NCBI GenBank assembly: GCA_000320545.1
Contig: ADNK01003183.1
Coordinates: 1 to 63,138 of the forward strand
Length of the DNA: 63,138 nt
Reading direction: 5' to 3'
From: Bigelowiella natans CCMP2755
Taxonomy: Eukaryota; Protista; Cercozoa
The notes beneath the pieces were generated by a model. It was not told where the DNA came from. It saw nothing but the letters and a program-made list of their open reading frames with translations, and did no database searches. Positions 52,325 to 63,138 of this stretch are shown piece by piece. Position 1 is the first letter of the stretch, and each line of letters opens with the position of its first letter. Position numbers and translations under genes: made by a program.

Positions 52325-54361
52325 CATACATAAATATGTCAACCACGTTAAAAATCACGTGATCTTGCATAGTAAAATTAGTCTTTGTAGTCTTGTAAAG
52401 CATATCATCTTAAGTTCGCAACCACGCAGGCATCATCAAGACGCTCTTTGAGATTTGGCAAAGTCCAAATGTACTCTCCTGATGAGGTTTTGCGAATCTC
52501 ACACATAACAAACGAAAGATCTTGTCAAACATCACCATTCTTGCACATTTTCTTGCGTTTCCTGTTTTTTGGTTTTTAAATAGTGGAGCTCCTACACATT
52601 CCACTCATTCTCTTGTCTCGATTATGACCTTCGTGCAACTCTAACTAGATCAAACAAATCGGAGATCTTGGGAAGGGGCAATTTGGAAGGGTGTTTCAGG
52701 TCGAGATCACTATCGACGAAAAGGAAACGGTCAGTGAAAATCCCATCTTCCGCAAATGACAAGAAGCTCATGCAGATGCTGATCTGAAGGTTGCCGCGAT
52801 GAAGCGCGTTGGAAACAAGACCGATCTCAGTCAAGCTCTCCTTTCAAAGGTAGAAACTCTCGCAAGTTCTTCGTAACCCCTTCGGCCTTAGAAGAAGGGC
52901 AATTACATTTCCCCCCCTTTTTTCCATTTTAAATATTACATGCTTTCATCTATGTACATGTGCGAGCGATTCTTCTTTGGGAAAGGAATTTGTTAGCGGT
53001 CTTTTGCTGCTGTTCAGAACCAAAGTCATTCGTTATCTATTCTTTTTTATCACAGCTTTTGATTCTCTCCAAATTGAAGTCCCATCCGAATCTTCTTGTA
53101 TTCTATGGCGTCGTGACCATAGAGGATCGCCTTCATTTCCTCAACGAGTTTTGTGCGAAAGGTAGTCGCGGCATCTTTTGGTAAACACCGCTTTGTAGAT
53201 ATAGTACAGCAATCGCCTGATAAATTCATCTACCAAATGAAGTTTACACCAATCCTATTGGGCTTTTTTTTGCGAATTCGATTTTTAATTCTATTGCTAT
53301 TTTCACGAGCCTGAACACCAACGATATTCGTCGAATGGGGCGGTAGATGAGCGCAAACATCTCTTTCTCTGTGCGATCACGTAAACATCAATCTATGCTG
53401 CAGGTAGCCTGGACGCGCTCCACGAGAAAGAAGACCTTACCTCAAAAGATAGGTTCTGGCAGGTTGTGGGAGGCGTTCTCAGCGGACTTGCAGCCTTTCA
53501 TCAGAGTAGCAAACTTCATTAGTTTCATAGCATAAAAAATAGAAGCATCAATGCGAGCGTTGATAGTGGCATGGCATCAATACGAGTGTTTGTAGTAGTA
53601 GCATTGGTGTAAAAACAATGAGGTTGTTTCGCAGCGAAGGTTACAAAGAGTGTACCGGGGTTACACACAATGACACTGAGATCTTCCAAGAATGCAAACG
53701 CTAAGATTTGCCCTCGCTAATAAAGCTTACTGATTACCACACTATAGGTGGCCTTGTTCATCGAGATATCGCTTGCCGCAACCTTTTCATGAAAGCGAAT
53801 GGCGTCGTGGTTCTTGGCGACTACGGTTTGTCCAAGAAAACCAAGGTAATTTCTCGTAGCATAGCCGCTTTTTATTCGTGGAATTGGACACAATAGAACC
53901 GAACTTTTGATCCTTGAAAGTAAGATCGAAAATTTGCCTTTATCATTGCTACAGTGAGTACTACCTCTCTACCGCTGCTACATCTTGTAATCCTTAGTAT
54001 AGCTATTACAATTGATACAACTATTGCTACCTTAGCAGCGAAATGTGACTTTTTACAGTCCCCATTCGTTGATACCCCCTTATTAGCTTACATTTTCGCT
54101 GCCTTGTGATCTCCTCTTGCTCGCAGGGGGAAAATAAAATCTACAAGATGACGAACCTGGAGACGATGCTGCCCTGGGCGTGGTGTGCGCCTGAGAGTCT
54201 ACTACAGCGGGAATTCAGCCAGAAATCCGACATCTGGATGCTTGGCGTCACCGTTTGGGAGATTTTGACCAAGGGGAAAAGTCCGACCAGGGAGCTGTCA
54301 AGTTTACAACAGTTCAGAAACGAGCTGCAAAAGGGAAGGATGCCCCTTAAGGTTTTCAATC

Positions 54362-54397
<36 letters not shown>

Positions 54398-55794
54398 AAT
54401 GATGATGATTGGTGCTTTTCTTCTAATGCCATTCTCTGATAGTTCCCCATGGAATTTGTTTTCTGACATTAGATCCCTGACGGTCCTCCTCGATCAAAGG
54501 AGTTGTTGTCTTTGTGTTTTGAATTCGAAGTCAAGGTGATGCACCTTTTGTTTTTTATTGTGTACATTCGTTCTCCCTTTAAATTGTGTATCTTATTTAT
54601 TTATTTTTTAAACTTGCTATTTCCCTAAATGTAGACATATATAATGACACGTTGTTCGAATGTTTGTGAGAGGGGGAGAGAGAGGGAGAGAGAGAGCGTG
54701 TAAATTTTTGTGAGTGTTATGCCTGGACGACTTTGATTTTTGCCTATCCTCAATACTCTCTCTATTTTTTCTATTTATGTCATTCGTGTATTCCCTTTTT
54801 TATCTCTCCAAATAGCCCACATTTCATACGGTTAATATTCGCACAGATATAATCCTACATTCTTATATTATGTACTAGTTTATCTGTACATATGTGCACA
54901 TCGTGCGCAAGGAGGTTTTTCGTGAGAACGAATGTGATGCACATCCACCTTAGAATTCCACGCAGAAGAAGCACAGTAGTGGAAAGCCAGTGATTTCCGG
55001 GAGCAAGCACGATGTTGTCGACTTCATCAAGACGATTAGTACTAGAGGAAACCAAATTTGGACAAAATGCATCGAGGTGCTATTGTTTCAATATCATCAT
55101 TATGTTTAGTTTGTAACAATATGCCGAGAGATGAACCCAGAGCTAAAATCCAGCATTGAAAGAAAGACCGTTTAATTGCCTCTTTGTGCATGTCTTCGTT
55201 CAATCTATAAACAGACTTATTATATACTCCAGGTTGTTCTTGAGCATGATCTTGAATACTCGGTGCTGGAAGACTGTGAAGTCGAAGATCTCGTTAAGTT
55301 AGGAATTCCAGAGCTGTATGCCAAAAGCCTCCTTAAGAAGTTGAAAAGGGTTTATGAGGAGGGTGTTTCCGGCGACGCAAAGGTTACAACGTCACGCCAC
55401 CTCAGCACGTTTTTGACACCTCAATGAGCGGGAATCTGGTGCCTCATCTGGACAGTCTAGCGTTCGTTTTGAGTCGAATTGGTGTTCATTAGGAAACGGG
55501 AGACAAGCACGGAAAAACCATTGTTTATCCAACGGTGAGAGGGGTTATTTTTACAAAATGTATCGTGTGAGATTGTGTGTAGATGCTTAACATAACGTTT
55601 TTATCCATGCGCATGATCTCCTGACACCCCATGACAATTTGTTCCTTTCTTCGCGTTGTCGTTTTTGCATCCAACCTGCACATCAGAGGCGTCCCTCTGC
55701 GTCGGTACTGATTCAAACATTCGCTGGTTGGAGCAACGAGGACGATTACAAGTACATGAACGATTCATACGAAGGTTGCTGCCCCGATGAATGA
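50656..55794 (+). CDS. Ankyrin-repeat / coiled-coil / tyrosine-kinase-type kinase / SAM-domain protein
   Basis: MSDIFEAARNNDL...ANIEAKD, two 99-nt ankyrin exons and GQTALYWA. Kinase motifs LGKGQFGRV, VAAMK, HRDIACRN, DYG, PWAWCAPE and SDIWMLGV. SAM-like EDLVKLGIPELYAKSLLKKL. Confidence 0.85.
50723..51670 (+). repeat. Tandem exon+intron duplication (~411-bp period), one ankyrin repeat per unit
   Basis: Exons 51064-51162 and 51475-51573 differ at one codon. Introns 50753-51063 and 51163-51474 are ~98% identical. Confidence 0.92.
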
Positions 55795-57492
55795 AATTGG
55801 TTTCGTGATTGGCATCGTGTCACTGAATGCATGATGACGTTTGGGCCACATGCTCATTAATAATAATCTATTTTCCCAACAAAAATTCATAATTTGGTTC
55901 ATTACCTCATATATACTTATATCATAAGAAGGTTTATCTCTATTATTTTTATCTTCTTATTTTTGACAGTTATTACATAGCCATATATGTTTGTTTGATC
56001 TGTTATTTATTTATTTATTCTTCATTTAAAAAAATGAACTATTCAGTAACAATCATGTTTTTTTCTGAATTAGTTGCTATATGACTAAAAAATTAAAATG
56101 CATACACATATTTTACTTTCAAAAATCCATTTTCTTTTCCCTCATTTTCGGTTGGTATGAAATATGTCTGTTCACATAAATTGCAAAAAAGGAGAAAAAC
56201 TAGATCATAACAAATTTCATAGTTACAATGATGATCCATGGAAAATGATAGATCATGTTGTTATGTTTGAAAACACATGTTGTGAAATGGTCAATTTGCA
56301 TCCAAATGATCCATCTGGGGTCATGGGAGTATCAACACCTTGTGATGATGAAAAAATGACAGTGAAACAACTGGTTCAATTTGTCTGAATGCACGTCACA
56401 TGAACTGCATGCATTGTGATCAAACTGCACGCTTCCGAATGGCAGTCTTCCAGGCACGTGTGCGTGTGTGTGTGTGTGTGCCTGGAAGTGTGTGCATCAT
56501 GCTAGCATGTGGGACGCATTGTCTCGTTGCGTCGCGTGCTAGCGTGTGCAGCACGTGCAAACTGTCCACAGCTGTACCACCTAGCCATCCACGTGTGCTG
56601 TCAACGCAGGAACAAACTCAGCACGTGTGCACCGCAGCAGTGCGCACCAACAGCACGTGCAGTTACTTTGCCACCGCTGCCATCATGCATGCTCCAGCTC
56701 TTGATGATGGAGTTTGCGAAGACGTTTGGCAGTCTGGCAGTCTCCGATCCGCCGCCGCCGCTGCTGCATCGTCAACACGACGCTGTCATCTTCCACCTGG
56801 CGGCAGGAAGAAGGACTGCCACCTTGGAAAGCTTCCGACCGATTCCACCAGCTGTCGCAAAGGAGAGTGCCAGCCACGGTCGTGTTGTGATCACCAGAGC
56901 AATGGCGCAGCGCAGCGGTGACAGTTCAGAAGGTGGCGGCTCTGACCATTTTCCTTCCTGCATCGTCGTCTTGCACATCAATCTCTTCCACACTTATTCC
57001 ACACACACCTACACTGTTGCTATATACCACTGCTCTGATTATTCTGGCACCAGGAAGTTCTGCAGCTGTGGCAATGAACACTGCAGTGTGACAACGACAT
57101 CTTCAGCAACATCAACATGTCACATGCTTTCATTTGACCACCTCATTTTTTGGGCTACACGCATGATGGCGCTTTTTTTCGCACAAAGTTTTGCAATGAT
57201 GAAAGAGCAAGCACGCAACCGTAGTACACACTTTGTTCGCTGTGGCTGCTGCTTTGCATGGATACAAGCACACATTGCCTCGACGAGCAGTCCTGTTGTG
57301 CACATGCGCAAATGGCCATCATCCAGCACATCACCATGTAGTAGCATACATGTCGTTGTTCATTTTCCAGACGCACATGCTGCGAAGCTACAACAGCACA
57401 GTGCACACAGATGATCCCAGCCTACTACATCAGCATGTTAGCTAAACAACGCAACTTTCCATTGACACTGACACTCACTAGCAAGTGCTCGT

Positions 57493-58100
57493 TCAGCTTG
57501 GATTCAGCCACTCGTCTCTCGTTTTCACCAGACTTTCTATTTCATTCTTCAGTCTTGCAGCTGTACCATAGTCCTCATTCTACCAACACGAACAAATAGC
57601 AAGAGCATGTAAGGGAAACAGCTTACCAAGCTACCAGAAATCACATTGCTACTCTCCGGTGTACCTTCACAGCATCTGCCTTTTGCTTCTCCAATTCTTT
57701 AAGCTACCAAAAAGCAGGTTTTATGCAAAAATAACAAAGAATTGGCACGTGTCTAAGAAAATTGTTCCGTGTTAATGTAAGATCGTACTTTCACATTCAG
57801 ATGCTCCACCGCCTCTTTCTTTTTACTGTAGAGTTATTCCAACGCAAATGAATGAGTGAGCACATTTGCTTGTACAAGTGTGTCTATGTGTTACGTAAGT
57901 AAAAGATTTGGGAATCGATGTTTTCAACGTACTTTGCTTCCTCTTTTGCACGTCTCAGAGCCTCGCGCACTCTCACTATCTTCTCCTCAGTCGCACCGAT
58001 CTCGTATTTCAATCTATTTCGTAGTGGCGAAAATTTAGAAATTACTTATATGGGAGGGGAGTGAGAATCCTCTAGTGCGGTGGATTGATGATAGGGGAAA

Positions 58101-58143
<43 letters not shown>

Positions 58144-60060
58144 GTATAGAAAGAAAAACAGCATGTCTATAGTACTTCTTAGCACGGTCAAAATCTTCTT
58201 CGACGATTGCTTGCTTTTGGTCCTCACGTAGCTTTGCGAGGTGCATCTTTACTATTTGCATTTCCTACGGCCAGAAAACATTCAAAAACGAACAAATACT
58301 GCTGCATTGTATAGCAGCAGGGAGTCTAGCTCCAATACACTATGTAACGAGTCCACCATATGTAAATTGATTGCGAGCATCTACTATGGCTCATTTAGCA
58401 CCTGAGAGTCATCATCTTCTTCGAAATTATCCTTCTCGTCTTTAGTGACTACAGGAAGCATCAAACAAAATTTTAAAATAGTGTTAGCAGCGTATTAACC
58501 CTATTAGTGTCTGTTAGGGTGCTGCGATTTTGGCGACATTTCCTTCTAACACAGCAAGCTGCAGATCAAAATCAAAATTAATTCTAGAATCCTCTTTTGA
58601 GGATTCTGGAATACAAAGGTGAAATCTCTACGAAAAATAAGTTGTGGGTTGAGAGGTAGAGTGTTTCGGAATTGTACCATCGTCTTTCCCGTCGATATCT
58701 GCTGCTTTCCTTTCTTCCATTGCCCTAAAGGTTTGCTTTTCCATATTTGACGCCCATTTCCATGCTCTAGCAAATGCGTACCGAACCTTTTTGAGGATAA
58801 TAAATGTGGATGCACGCCAAGTGCATGCTGTGAGTAATTGGATTTACTTAAAGACGCAGAGTCGTTCAGAGAACATAGTGACTCCGTTCCTAGAGTAAGC
58901 GTACAGAATTACGCACAAGCTAACCTTCACGTTGAAGTGCCCATTTTCATCTTTCGGTGCGCATTCGACAATAACTCCGTCGTCAAACCACTTTTTCTGT
59001 CGCAGAGACTTTACCTGAAGAACCCAACATCAAGCAAAATGCTGCCTGGAACAAAGGAGAGGCGGGATCTGATCAGAGAAGAGTAGGTAAGTACCTCGAC
59101 AATGTCGCCGACTTTCCATGCGCTACGGTCCTCAGGTGCTAGTCGCTTTGCCCCAGGAATTTCCATATACCCAGTACGTGCGGCCTTCAACGATGCCTAT
59201 CATTTGCAACAATGAGCACCGACTCTCATTTCTAAGTTGTGACAATAACGTGAGAGTGTTCTTGCGCTGTGCTTGGGGTGTGTGGGGCAAAGACTTTGAA
59301 AAGCTCTAGAGATCCCTCAGCAAGCAGCTCATCTTTCTAAGATTAGGATAAATACGAGAGCGAGTTGAACAAATATGTATCTTGAACTTGAAGAAGTAGA
59401 AGAAGAAGAAGAAGAAGAATGAGGCACCTCATACTTCTCGTCCAGGTTCTTATCTATGCAATCCAGGAAGAAATCGAAGGCTCGCTCAGAAGGCTTCAAG
59501 TGATGCAATTGGCAATACCTTCATGTGTAACTGGGTAAGGATAGAGAATTGTTGGTGAGGATTCGACATATTGTTACTGACCGAAATAACTCCTGTCGCG
59601 CATCTTCTCGACTCAAAAACTGGTATTAGTATTACAAGTCATGTTAGATGAAATCAAGTGAAGTTATTAGGATTGATGTGAATCGAGTTTTGAGCAAAGC
59701 AATGACCTTTTTCGCATTTTTCCCCTAAACACACAAAACCCACACATGGACACACACACACACGCACACACACACAGAGCACTAATCAGTAACGTTTGAA
59801 GACAACTCAGACTATCTCTGCACGCGCATAGAACTAATGCCAACAGCCTGTTCACAAACGCGTGTGTAGGTGCTCCAAACGGTCTCTCATTACTTTGAAA
59901 ATCTTCTTCAACCACATCGAAGGGGGGAAGGGGGAGGGCCTTAAGCTTGACTGATGATCATCGACGAGCGAGCTGTTGTTTGCCTCGCCGAGGCCGTTAC
60001 CGGTAGGAATGCGATGGAACCGACGACGATGGTAAAAACACTTCATATTCTCTATCTGCG
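57493..60060 (-). CDS. Hypothetical multi-exon protein with two C-terminal UVR (UvrB/C-type) coiled-coil motifs; 5' end uncertain
   Basis: QKQAIVEEDFDRAKK, and the spliced KADAVK|NEDYGTAARLKNEI ending at TGA 57493. Upstream exons are GT-AG bounded. Confidence 0.6.
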
Positions 60061-60563
60061 ACAAAAGAAATTCATGTCGCAGAAACGAGATGCGTGCTGT
60101 GTCCACTCGTGAGTTTTAGACTAAATTTATACGATGTTCTTCGTGGTATACGTGTTGCCATTTCATCGAGAATCCCTCAATTTCTTGCGGAAGAAGACAG
60201 AGAGAGGGGATGGGCGCGACCGGTTGATTCTCGCGTGCATTTTAGGCTCTTTCTCCCACGGAAAACTACCTGCGGCCTTGAGAGATGGATGTGCGCTGGA
60301 CTGGTTTCAAAGTGTCAATTGAGGAGTGGTACTCAAAGGCATGTCGTAGGAGAAAAATCTTCGATGTTTTTCGGTAAAAAAAAGCCATCACAACCGATCG
60401 AAAACCGAACAGCGCTGGGTTTTGAGGCAAGCCCCCCCCCTCCCTGCCTCATGCAAGCAGTAGACCGCCTTGCTGCGGTGCTTTCACTTTCATGATCTGG
60501 ATGTTGATTGTGGCGATGGGAAGCGCTTATGGACGAACGCAGTCTCTTACTCAAGGATTACCA

Positions 60564-62904
60564 ATGGCCTCCAGAGGCTTACGGCTTCGCCGCCTGGTGG
60601 TCCCAGCAAACAACAACGATGGCTCTCCCGTCACAGAGCACTGCGTGAAGGGTCGACGTCTGTTCGTAAAGAGAGACGATTTGTTTAGGTTGGAGCGGAA
60701 TTGAAGGATGCATGATGAAATCGTACTCTTTTTGATGTTAAAAATATGCTGCCATCACGGTTAACCGCGACTGCACAACAGGCTCGAGGGGTCGGGTCTA
60801 TCCGGAAATAAGGCTAGGAAGTTGTTCGCAGTGCATAACATTCCTTCGCAAGGTTTGGTGAAAGACAATTCTGTCCAATCATTTTTGTTTATCTTTGCGT
60901 GGGGGGAGAATCTGATTATCACCTCCTGAACAATGAGCAGATTTTCCTAAGAGAATGTGCTCACATGGAGGGGCTCAATCGAATGCGATGTTAGCCATTG
61001 CGAAGGTGGCACCATCCACCTCAACCTCGTTTCTATTTTTGGTAAATCTTGTCAATCGCATTCAGCTCGCTAAGTCAAGAGGGTCTGAATTCTTCTACTT
61101 TATGAAACGATTGCCCGACTCTCTCGTCAGCAATCCTACAGGGAACTTCAAGGTGGGGGGAGAGCAGGAAGGGAGAGCCTAGAGATGAAACAGCACCTAG
61201 AGATGTAAATGTGATATTTGTTTTGTGCTTTCGGCGACGGAGTACGAGATCGATCGATGACGGCGACGATGACAATGATAATGATAATGATAATGCTGGT
61301 GATGATGATGAGGAGGATGAATATGACAAGTATCTCTTGTTGCTTACTTAATCCCGCTTGTGATAGCAGTCTCCCCGGAGTATTCTGTAGTTCTCCAGCA
61401 TGTTAGAGCTGCACATCTCATTGCTTAATACTTGTTTTGCTGATCCAGGCCGCGTTGGAGCTGGGCATGCGGTTCATTCCTATCAGCCCCGTCCTTTACA
61501 AAGAGCTGTTCGACCGAGGTTTCCTCTCCTTCTAATCTTCTTTGCTTAATATATGAGCGATCGATTATCTTGGGCAGAGCTGCTGCGAAAGGCGGGCGCT
61601 ATACCAGAAACCATCGCTGATCTTGGGCTCCTTCCCGATGAAGAGAGAGGAGGGGGGGGCGAGGTAAATCCAGAGGCAAAAGATTATCCATTGCCAGCAA
61701 CACTATGGCTCCCTCAAGGGGGTGCATGCTCATTGGCAGAAGAAGGCAGGAGAATCTAACACTCAAAATCAAATTAAATTATATTCTTTATTTTGGGTTT
61801 GAATGCATGAAAGATGGCCGTTGTGTCTGACGTGTTATAGGAGTGCAGCAGCTTGGGCGTGAAATCGAGGATTGGTGGAATAATCATCAATCCCAGTACG
61901 TGAAGGGCATGACAGCATTTGGCCGACATCTCGCGGTGATTCTCCCCTCAGGAACAGGTCACACGCAATAGACAACGGCAGCCAAATTTTACCAACGACT
62001 CTGATTTTGAGTCATCTCTTGAGATTGCGTATGCGGTGTATGGTTGGCAATGTTTCGCTTCGTGCCCAACGCTCTACCGAGCAGCTAGGGATAGATTTGT
62101 CCGTTAACCATATCAGGCACAACAGCGATGTTCCTTTCTCGTTTCTTTGAAAAGAGGAGGAGGGAGAGGGCGACGAGGAAAAGGTGTAGATTTCCGCTCT
62201 GTAAAGAGTGTTCGCCACTGATTTTACTCAGCCTACCTTTATATCTGTCCTCCCCCTTGCAACGCTCTTTCACGGTCGTTCAAACACCATCAATATAGTC
62301 GCCTGATTGTACATAACCACTACCATCGTTGTTTCCGAAACTGTTCTTATCACGCTCCGTCGTGGGTCGATAGTCGGAGCGGCGGGGATAATTCTGATTT
62401 CGGGGAAATCGCTGTGTACGCTGTCCCTTGCATCGGCAGCAAAGAGTACCTTGAAAACCAGGTGAGAAGGGGGGGAAGAAGACAAACGACGGCGGGCTCA
62501 CGTTATAAGTACACATATACACGCGTATACACACATGCGTCCAAGCTGTAGTTATTTGACCGCCAAGAAGAAGCTATTCGAAGCAGTGAGAGTGCTGCGG
62601 AATCCTGTCATGAAGAACAACAACAACAACAACAACAACATCTACTACTACTACTACTATTTTGATAGATGAAGGAACTTGACAGAGTATCTGGGCATCA
62701 CCGTATGTGCGAGAATGTGACAACTCTCTCCTCTTTCACCATAAAGCAGCTGTTTCCATTGACCTCACATGCTGCTTCTGCTCGCCGTGCATTGTGTTGC
62801 TTGTCGGGAATGTTATTGCTTGGTGACTGATCTCCATGATCTCTCTCTCTCTCTCTCTCTCTCTCACTCACTCACTCCTCCCCTCCCTCTCCCTATGTGT
62901 GTGT

Positions 62905-62943
<39 letters not shown>

Positions 62944-63138
62944 CCATGATAATGAGCATATTATATCTTACTAGAGATCTTTCCCTCCGTCATAACATCG
63001 CCTCTTACACCATCACGGCCATTCGGCGTGTGCGGTCGATGGAAATGGTTGTTTTAGGAGGAGGGAGGAGAGAGTTCTTACACGCACGCACATACGTGGA
63101 TGGACAGACACTCTGTTCGTTCCTATATAAATAAAAGA
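60564..63138 (+). CDS. PLP-dependent D-cysteine desulfhydrase / ACC deaminase family protein; 3' end not located, possibly beyond the window
   Basis: LFVKRDDL, SGNKARK (PLP lysine), SHGGAQSNAM, GNFK..ALELGM, WLPQGG and LPSGTG|TT, VPC. Confidence 0.85.

Noticed and set aside
1-63138. Many poly-S/I/M/CV/HT/LS ORFs
   Set aside because: Translations of intronic microsatellites, not genes.

Overview
Intron-rich, microsatellite-rich nuclear DNA of a microbial eukaryote. The style is reminiscent of a chlorarachniophyte, but this is unverified. The window holds about 12 host genes: the 3' end of an IST1/ESCRT-III-like gene, a long cNMP-binding-domain protein, two hypothetical genes, an EF-hand Na+/Ca2+ exchanger-like (NCL-type) gene, an intronless kelch gene, an orphan multipass membrane protein, a kinesin with an apparently truncated motor, a Zn-dependent CAD/Ahr-like dehydrogenase, an ankyrin/tyrosine-kinase-type/SAM protein, a UVR-motif protein and a D-cysteine desulfhydrase/ACC-deaminase-like gene. 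There is also one young Ty3/Gypsy LTR retrotransposon (44235-49946, identical 326-bp LTRs). Two signals stand out. (1) Kilobase tracts are almost free of the dinucleotide TpA and rich in TpG/CpA, with CTAG spared. Near-identical tandem repeats in the window show the direction TA->TG/CA, which points to a regional A-to-G 'reverse-RIP' hypermutation process acting on repeat-like and intergenic DNA. (2) The Gypsy integrase carries a C-terminal domain resembling the DIRS-type DNA N6-adenine methyltransferase, with degenerate catalytic motifs. All counts were made by eye and all homology calls are motif-based; no searches were run.
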